This document shows, piece after piece, positions 26,324-32,638 of a DNA stretch of 32,638 nt (the first letter of the stretch is position 1; each line of letters starts with the position of its first letter). Where the stretch lies: assembly GCA_965219385.1 (NCBI GenBank), contig CBDCNM010000002.1, forward strand, positions 1-32,638, read 5' to 3'. The notes under the pieces are model-generated. The model was not told the origin of the DNA. It ran no database searches and saw only the letters and a program-made list of their open reading frames with translations. The DNA comes from Candidatus Latescibacterota bacterium (GTDB lineage: Bacteria > Latescibacterota > UBA2968 > UBA8231). The position numbers and the translations under genes were made by a program.

Positions 26324-28711
26324 ATGAAGATCACCTATAACTGGCTCAAAGAATACGTGGATTTTTCCTGGGGCTGGCCCGAACTGGTCGAACGCCTGAT
26401 CATGGCCGGCCTCGAACAGGAAGGCGTGGTCGACCTGGCCGAACGCTATGAGGGCGTCGTGGTCGGCCGCGTGCTGGAGTGCCACAACCACCCCGATGCG
26501 GACCGCCTGTCGGTATGCCGGGTGGATATCGGTACGGCCGAGCACACCATCGTCTGCGGCGCTCCAAACGTGGCGGCCTCACAGAAGGTGCCCGTCATCC
26601 TGCCGGGCTTTCACCTGCCCGACGGCACCCGGATCAAAAAGGCCAAAATCCGCGGGGTGGAATCCAGCGGTATGATCTGCTCGGAAGTTGAGCTGGGCCT
26701 GGGAGAAGATACCTCCGGTATCCTGGTGCTGCCCGCAGAGGTGGAAATAGGACAATCCTTTGCCGCCCAGACCGGACTCCAGGACGTGGTTCTGGACTTC
26801 GAGGTAACCCCCAACCGCCCGGACTGTCTGAGTCTGCTCGGCCTGGCCCGGGAGGTGAGGGCACTGACCGGTGCCGAACTCAAAATCCCCCCCCGGGAGG
26901 TAGACCAAAAGGGCCCATCCACCGCTGCTTCCATTGCCATACAGATCGAGGATCCGCAGGGCTGCCCCCGTTATGTCGGCCGCGTTCTGCGCGGTGTGAA
27001 AGTCGGCCATTCCCCCCCCTGGCTGCAGCAGCGCCTGCGGGCCGTCGGCCAGCGGCCGATCAACAATATCGTTGATGCCACCAACTACGCCATGCTGGAA
27101 TTGGGGCAGCCCCTGCACGCCTTCGACCTGAACAAGCTCGAGGAAGGCCGCATTGTGGTACGCCGCGCCCGCTCCGGTGAGCAGCTGCAGGTTCTGGACG
27201 GCACCCGGTGCGAACTGAACCAGGAAATCCTGGTGATCGCCGATGGTCAAAAGCCCGTGGCCCTGGCCGGCATCATGGGGGGTGACAACTCCGAAGTCAC
27301 CGAGGAGACCACCGATATCCTGCTGGAAAGCGCTTATTTCGATCCGGTGCGGGTGCGCCGCGGCAGCGCTCTCCTGGGGCTGCACACCGAGGCTTCCATG
27401 CGTTTTGAGCGCGGTGCCGATTTCGCCATGCCGCCGCAGGCCATCGACCGGGTCGCCCACCTGATCGCCGCCCTGACCGGGGCCCAGGTCGCTCCCGACC
27501 CGCTCGAGGTGTACCCTCATCCGCAACAGCGGCAGCCCATCCGCGCCCGGATCCCCCGCATCAACCAGTTGCTTGCCACCCAGCTAAGTGGGGATGCCAT
27601 CGGCCGCATCCTAGAACTTTTGGGCTGTGCCGTAGACCACCACGGGGACGAAATGGAAGTGGTCGTCCCCAGCTTCCGCCCCGACCTGCAGCGGGAAGTG
27701 GACCTCATCGAGGAAGTCGGCCGCATTCACGGCTACGACAACATCGAGGGCAGTCGCACCATCAAGGCCCCCCTGGGGCATGCCGATGACCGGACGGCTG
27801 CGACGACGAGCAAGATCCGCCACCGCCTGGCCGGTCTGGGCCTCGACGAGGTCATGAGCAATACCATTGTCGAACAAAAATGGTTGGAACTGGCCGGCCG
27901 CAATGCCGGTGAAATCCTCGCTCTGGCCAATCCTCCTAGCGAAGCCCAGGGGGTGTTGCGTTCGACCCTAGTGCCCAGTCTCCTGGATGTGGCGCGCCGC
28001 AACTTCAACCAGCGAGCCCCCACGGTGGCCATATTCGAACTGGGCAAGTGTTTCACAGCGGTTCCGGGCCAGCCGGGCCTGCGGGAAAGACTGCACCTGG
28101 CCGGACTTCTGGCGGGTCGCCGTAGCGCTTCTACCTGGCACGCTGATCACCGGGAGGCCGATCTTCTGGACCTCAAGGGATTGTTGGAGGCCTTCCTGGA
28201 AGACGGCGACCCGCGCTTTGCTCCGGACGCGTGCTCCCCTTGCCGCAAGGGGCACTGTGCCCGGCTGCGGATCAACGGCTTCGATCTGGGTTATCTGGGC
28301 GAAGCCGCCCCCGGCCTGCTTTCCGGCTTTGCTATCGAGCGTCCAGTGTATATTTTTGAATTGGACTTCCAGGTCTTGCTGGAGCAATGGCACCGGCGCT
28401 CGTCGACCTTTCGCCCCCTGGCCAGGTTTCCAGCCATAGAGCGCGATCTGGCCGTGGTCTTGCGCCAGGACATAAGCACCGGGGAGGTGGTCGAGCAAAT
28501 ACGGCGGACCGCTCCGGAACTGATCGAGTCGGTGGACCTGTTCGACCTGTACCAGGGAGATCAGATCGCCGCCGGGCACAAGAGCTTGGCATTTTCTCTG
28601 CGCCTGCGCTCCCCGGAAAAGACCTTGAAGGACGAGCAGGCGAATCAAATCGTCGACAAAGTACTGAAGAATTTGAAAAAGGCATTCGACGCGGATTTGC
28701 GTTTACACTGA
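26324..28711 (+). CDS. pheT: Phenylalanine-tRNA ligase beta subunit
   Basis: IVCGAPNV, GMICSEVELG, VTPNRPDCLS, GQPLHAFD, RFERG, and C-terminal FDX-ACB domain (RDLAVV...LFDLYQG). Confidence 0.98.
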   Translation: MKITYNWLKEYVDFSWGWPELVERLIMAGLEQEGVVDLAERYEGVVVGRVLECHNHPDADRLSVCRVDIGTAEHTIVCGAPNVAASQKVPVILPGFHLPDGTRIKKAKIRGVESSGMICSEVELGLGEDTSGILVLPAEVEIGQSFAAQTGLQDVVLDFEVTPNRPDCLSLLGLAREVRALTGAELKIPPREVDQKGPSTAASIAIQIEDPQGCPRYVGRVLRGVKVGHSPPWLQQRLRAVGQRPINNIVDATNYAMLELGQPLHAFDLNKLEEGRIVVRRARSGEQLQVLDGTRCELNQEILVIADGQKPVALAGIMGGDNSEVTEETTDILLESAYFDPVRVRRGSALLGLHTEASMRFERGADFAMPPQAIDRVAHLIAALTGAQVAPDPLEVYPHPQQRQPIRARIPRINQLLATQLSGDAIGRILELLGCAVDHHGDEMEVVVPSFRPDLQREVDLIEEVGRIHGYDNIEGSRTIKAPLGHADDRTAATTSKIRHRLAGLGLDEVMSNTIVEQKWLELAGRNAGEILALANPPSEAQGVLRSTLVPSLLDVARRNFNQRAPTVAIFELGKCFTAVPGQPGLRERLHLAGLLAGRRSASTWHADHREADLLDLKGLLEAFLEDGDPRFAPDACSPCRKGHCARLRINGFDLGYLGEAAPGLLSGFAIERPVYIFELDFQVLLEQWHRRSSTFRPLARFPAIERDLAVVLRQDISTGEVVEQIRRTAPELIESVDLFDLYQGDQIAAGHKSLAFSLRLRSPEKTLKDEQANQIVDKVLKNLKKAFDADLRLH

Positions 28712-28738
28712 TATACTTTAACCAGGAGAAGACCCACC

Positions 28739-28966
28739 ATGGCCGTAGACAGCAACTTTGAACGACTCGAAGAAAAACTCACTCATCTCGTGGAAGTACT
28801 GGGACAGTTGCAACGGGAAAATGCAGATCTGAAAAGCCGGGTCGACAGCCTGGAAGTGGAGAATACCCAGCTCAAAGAAGAATACCAGGAAGCAGTGGGC
28901 AACCGCGAAGAGGCCAAGAATCGCATCGAACAGATTCTCGCAAAACTGGACCAGGTAGAGCTCTAG
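28739..28966 (+). CDS. zapB: Coiled-coil protein, ZapB-like
   Basis: 75-aa heptad coiled coil between pheT and zapA. Confidence 0.65.
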   Translation: MAVDSNFERLEEKLTHLVEVLGQLQRENADLKSRVDSLEVENTQLKEEYQEAVGNREEAKNRIEQILAKLDQVEL

Positions 28967-29015
28967 CACAATACCCTCTCGGCGAATGGACGCCTTATAA
29001 CGCAGGAGTATTGCC

Positions 29016-29351
29016 ATGTCAGATACCCATTCCACCAGGGTAGGGGTCGATATTTACGGCAAAACCTTTACCTTTTCCCTCGACCAGGGCCAAACCGCGG
29101 AACACGTCCGGCAGGCAGCGCAACTCGTAGACGAAAAGATGCGCAAACCCCACGAGGTCCACCCTGCCCAATCTCCGTATCAGGCCACTGTTCTGGTGGG
29201 GCTGAATCTGGTGGATGAACTCTTCAAGCTACAGGCGGAGTACCAGAACGCCGAGTCCGACATTGCCCAGCGAACCTCCAGACTGAGCGCTTCTCTTGGG
29301 CGCGCATTCCAGAATTCCGGACCAGACTCTACCACATCCGGCACCAGTTGA
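29016..29351 (+). CDS. zapA: Cell division protein ZapA
   Basis: VDIYGKTF, AAQLVDEKMR, VLVGLNLVDEL, and conserved pheT-zapA-rny context. Confidence 0.85.
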   Translation: MSDTHSTRVGVDIYGKTFTFSLDQGQTAEHVRQAAQLVDEKMRKPHEVHPAQSPYQATVLVGLNLVDELFKLQAEYQNAESDIAQRTSRLSASLGRAFQNSGPDSTTSGTS

Positions 29352-29377
29352 GATGCGGTATTGAAGGGAGAGAAGAT

Positions 29378-30937
29378 ATGGGGCTTATGGGCGAAGCAAT
29401 CCTCGTATTGGTCGCTTTGGTGCTTGGTGCGCTCCTCGGTTGGCTGGTCAGTAGCAAGATCCGCCAGGGCAGCCTCGATAGGACCTGGGAGACTGCTCAC
29501 AAGATCATTGCCGATGCCCAGAAAGAAGCAGGGGCACTGAAAAAAACCGCTATCCTGGAGGCCAAAGACGAATGGCGCCGGGAAAGCGACCCTCTGGAGA
29601 AGGAGATAGGCACGTCCAAGCGAGCTTTGCGCGACCTGGAGGCCCGACTCCTGGAGCGCGAACATCAACTGGACCGCAAGGTCGATGTCCTCGAAAGCAA
29701 AGAGCGCAATCTGCTCAAGGCCGAACAAGAGCTGGAAAGCCGGGAAGAAAACATCAAGGTCAAAGAAGCCACGGTGGATGCCATGATCCGCCAGCAACGC
29801 CAGCACCTCGAGTCGCTCGCCAATATGACCCAGGCCGAGGCTCGGGAAATGCTCATCGCCCAGCAAGACGAAAATGCCCGGCAGTTTGCCGCGCGCAAGG
29901 TGAAGGAAATCAAAGACGACGCCATTGCCAATGCCAACCGCTACGCCAAAGAGATCGTCACCCGGGCGATAGAAAGATTCGCCGTAAAGCTGTCCGCAGA
30001 GAGCACGGTTTCGGTCGTACACATTCCTTCCGACGATATGAAAGGCCGCATCATCGGCCGCTATGGTCGCAACATCCGCTCCTTCGAGATGATAACCGGG
30101 GTTGAGGTCATCGTCGACGAACCCGGCCTCGTGATGCTCTCGGGCTTCGATCCCCTGCGCCGCGAAGTGGCAAAGAATACCCTGGACAAGCTGATCCTGG
30201 ATGGTCGCATCCATCCAGGACGGATTGAAGAGGTCTACGAAAAAGCACGCGAAGACGTTGAAGAATTGATTCGCGAATCAGGTTCGAAAGCCGCCTTTGA
30301 TCTGGGTATACACGATCTGAGCGAACCCCTGCTGGAATTGCTGGGCCAGCTCAGATTCCGCACCAGCTTTGGCCAGAACTTGCTGGCTCACAGCAAGGAA
30401 GTGGGATTTCTGGCCGGCATGATGGCGGAAGAGTTGGGGCTCGATGTGGCCCTGGCTCGACGGGCCGGCCTCCTCCACGATATCAGCAAGGCCGCCAATC
30501 ACGACGTCGGCAGCGATCCGACCCAGGCCAGCGTTGCCCTGGTCCGCAAAAGCGGTGAGAGTCCCGAGGTGACCGAGGCGATCGAGACCTATAATCAGGA
30601 CACCCCGTTTCGCTCGTCCATTGCCACCCTGGTAGCAGCGGCCGACCAGATTTCAACCCAGCGACCCGGGGCGCAAAAAGACAAAGTCGAGGAGTACATT
30701 CGACGGCTGCGGAACATAGAGGACATCGCCCTGGCGCAACCGGGGGTACAGAAGGCCTATGCCCTGAAAAACGGCAGAGAAATGCGCGTTCTGCTGGATA
30801 GTACCATAGTGGACGATGTCTATGCCGATCAGGTCGCCGATGAAATCGCCGAAAAGCTGGAGCGGGAACTGGAACAACCAGGGCAAATGAAGGTTTGCTT
30901 CATACGCGAGGTACGCGCGGTGCACTACGCTCGATGA
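29378..30937 (+). CDS. rny: Ribonuclease Y (divergent HD domain)
   Basis: N-terminal TM helix, coiled coil, KH domain (DDMKGRIIGRYGRNIR), RTSFGQN, GLLHDISK, AADQIS. Confidence 0.92.
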   Translation: MGLMGEAILVLVALVLGALLGWLVSSKIRQGSLDRTWETAHKIIADAQKEAGALKKTAILEAKDEWRRESDPLEKEIGTSKRALRDLEARLLEREHQLDRKVDVLESKERNLLKAEQELESREENIKVKEATVDAMIRQQRQHLESLANMTQAEAREMLIAQQDENARQFAARKVKEIKDDAIANANRYAKEIVTRAIERFAVKLSAESTVSVVHIPSDDMKGRIIGRYGRNIRSFEMITGVEVIVDEPGLVMLSGFDPLRREVAKNTLDKLILDGRIHPGRIEEVYEKAREDVEELIRESGSKAAFDLGIHDLSEPLLELLGQLRFRTSFGQNLLAHSKEVGFLAGMMAEELGLDVALARRAGLLHDISKAANHDVGSDPTQASVALVRKSGESPEVTEAIETYNQDTPFRSSIATLVAAADQISTQRPGAQKDKVEEYIRRLRNIEDIALAQPGVQKAYALKNGREMRVLLDSTIVDDVYADQVADEIAEKLERELEQPGQMKVCFIREVRAVHYAR

Positions 30938-30947
30938 AAGACACGCC

Positions 30948-31763
30948 TTGAGAATACTATTCGTGGCGGATGTCTACGCGCGCACCGGTCGCCGGGCCGC
31001 CGCCGAATACATCCCCAGACTGATCCGCGAACGCCAGGTGGATTTCTGCGTCGTCAACGGTGAGAATGCGGCCGGCGGCTTCGGGCTCACGGAAAACATC
31101 GCCCGCAAACTGCACAGCTACGGCGCCGATGTGATCACCTCGGGCAACCACGTTTGGGACCGCAAGGAGTTCCTGTCTTACCTGGACAAAGCGGAGCGCA
31201 TCTTGCGGCCCTTGAATTACCCCCCGACAGTCGCGGGTACGGGATCGGCCATCGTGTCGGCGCGCGCCGGAACGCCGGTGGCCGTGGTCAATTTGCAGGG
31301 GCGCACCCACCTGCCGAGCATAGACTGTCCCTTCCGCCTGGGTCGCGCTGAAGTAAAGCGTTTGAAACAACAAACCCCGGTTGTCTTCGTGGACTTCCAC
31401 GCCGAAGCCACCGCCGAGAAGGTAGCCATGGGCTGGCACCTGGACGGTCTGGTATCCGCCGTGATCGGCACCCATACCCATGTCCAGACCGCGGACGAGC
31501 GCATCCTGCCCAGGGGCACGGCCTACCTGACCGACGCCGGCATGACCGGACCGCACGACTCGGTGATCGGGGTGCGCCACCCGCTCGCCATCCAGCGCTT
31601 CCTCACCCAAGTCCACGTCAAATTCAAGCCGGCCGAGGACAATCCCAAGTTCTGCGGTGCTCTGATTGACGTGGACCCATCCACCGGCCGGGCCTCGGCT
31701 ATCGAACGCCTGCAGATCGACGCCGAGTTCGACAGCAGCCAGGGCGACAGCGAAGGGGAGTGA
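30948..31763 (+). CDS. ymdB: YmdB-like metallophosphoesterase (TIGR00282-type)
   Basis: VNGENAAGGFG, TSGNHVWD, DFHAEATAEK, GTHTHVQTAD. TTG start, directly after rny. Confidence 0.93.
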   Translation: MRILFVADVYARTGRRAAAEYIPRLIRERQVDFCVVNGENAAGGFGLTENIARKLHSYGADVITSGNHVWDRKEFLSYLDKAERILRPLNYPPTVAGTGSAIVSARAGTPVAVVNLQGRTHLPSIDCPFRLGRAEVKRLKQQTPVVFVDFHAEATAEKVAMGWHLDGLVSAVIGTHTHVQTADERILPRGTAYLTDAGMTGPHDSVIGVRHPLAIQRFLTQVHVKFKPAEDNPKFCGALIDVDPSTGRASAIERLQIDAEFDSSQGDSEGE

Positions 31764-31764
31764 T

Positions 31765-32638
31765 ATGTCCGCCAGCGGCCAGGACCCGAACGACGCCGGT
31801 CCGGGACGTCCCTACAGCGTCTCCGAAGTCACCGCTCAGGTCAAGACCCTCCTGGAAGAGACCCTGCCCATGTGCTGGGTCATAGGGGAAGTTTCGGACT
31901 TCACCCACCATTCCTCCGACCACCGCTACTTCACCCTCAAAGATCCGGCCAGCCAGCTCAGCTGCGTCATGTTCAAGTGGCAGGCGCGCAGCCTCTCCTT
32001 TGAACCGGAACCGGGCATGGAGGTTATGGCCTACGGTCACATCTCGGTGTACGAGCGCGGCGGCCGCTACCAGTTCTACACCGCCCAGATCCAACCGGCC
32101 GGGGTGGGCGAAATGGCCCTGGCCTTCGAGCGGCTCAAGGACCAGCTTGAGCGCGAGGGCCTCTTTGCCCAGGAGCGCAAACGCCCCCTGCCGCCTTTTC
32201 CCCGGATTGTGGGCGTGGTCACCTCCCCCACCGGGGCTGCCATTCGCGATATCGTCCAGGTACTTGGCCGCCGGGCCCCCGGCGTGCAGTTGATCCTGCG
32301 TCCGGCCCGGGTCCAGGGGCCGGGCGCGGGCGCGGAAATCGCCCAGGGCATCGCCGACTTGAACCAGCTTGAGGACATCGATATATTAATCGTCGGACGC
32401 GGCGGCGGCTCTCCGGAAGATCTATGGCCCTTCAACGAGGGAATCGTGGCCCGGGCCATTTATGCTTCGGCCCGACCGGTGATTGCAGCCGTGGGGCACG
32501 AGATCGACTACACCATAGCCGACTACGTGGCGGATTGCCGGGCGCCCACCCCTTCGGCCGCGGCCGAAATCGTAGCCCAGGAGCAGGGCGCTTTACTGCA
32601 GCGCGTGACCGAACTGCGGCGGCGCCTGTACGCATCCA
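31765..32638 (+). CDS. xseA: Exodeoxyribonuclease VII large subunit, 3'-truncated by the window edge
   Basis: Translated by hand: YSVSEVTAQVK, WVIGEVS, HRYFTLKD, GVVTSPTGAAIRD, GRGGGSPEDLWPFNE, AVGHEID, RAPTPSAAAE. Confidence 0.96.
   Translation, partial: MSASGQDPNDAGPGRPYSVSEVTAQVKTLLEETLPMCWVIGEVSDFTHHSSDHRYFTLKDPASQLSCVMFKWQARSLSFEPEPGMEVMAYGHISVYERGGRYQFYTAQIQPAGVGEMALAFERLKDQLEREGLFAQERKRPLPPFPRIVGVVTSPTGAAIRDIVQVLGRRAPGVQLILRPARVQGPGAGAEIAQGIADLNQLEDIDILIVGRGGGSPEDLWPFNEGIVARAIYASARPVIAAVGHEIDYTIADYVADCRAPTPSAAAEIVAQEQGALLQRVTELRRRLYAS

Noticed and set aside
29351..29378. 6S RNA, often found after zapA
   Set aside because: The spacer is only 26 nt.

Overview
GC-rich bacterial chromosomal window. 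Gene content and order suggest a diderm FCB-group organism such as Ca. Latescibacterota, but this is inference only. Most of it is housekeeping: two response regulators, an amidohydrolase and oxidoreductase, hemG-hemA-ccsA, nrdR, a TPR-exbB-exbD-exbD-tonB operon, an ECF sigma/anti-sigma pair with accD, surE with an Omp85-like gene, and rpmI-rplT-pheS-pheT-zapB-zapA-rny-ymdB-xseA. The most unusual feature is a layered set of mobile DNA. A short palindromic repeat family (GAAGCCGTCTTAAAATTCC...GGGGTTTTGAGACGGCTTC, 53-65 bp, TAA duplications) occurs at eight intergenic loci, often on or next to stop codons. All three IS insertions in the window sit directly on these repeats: two apparently identical 1449-bp IS701-like copies and one decayed IS1380. 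A beta-barrel gene splitting the heme cluster is bracketed by the same repeat arms. Also present are an unrelated 148-bp MITE with two IHF sites, a structured leader upstream of the TonB operon, an RNase Y lacking several conserved His residues and a possible antisense promoter. All calls come from reading the sequence; no searches were run.
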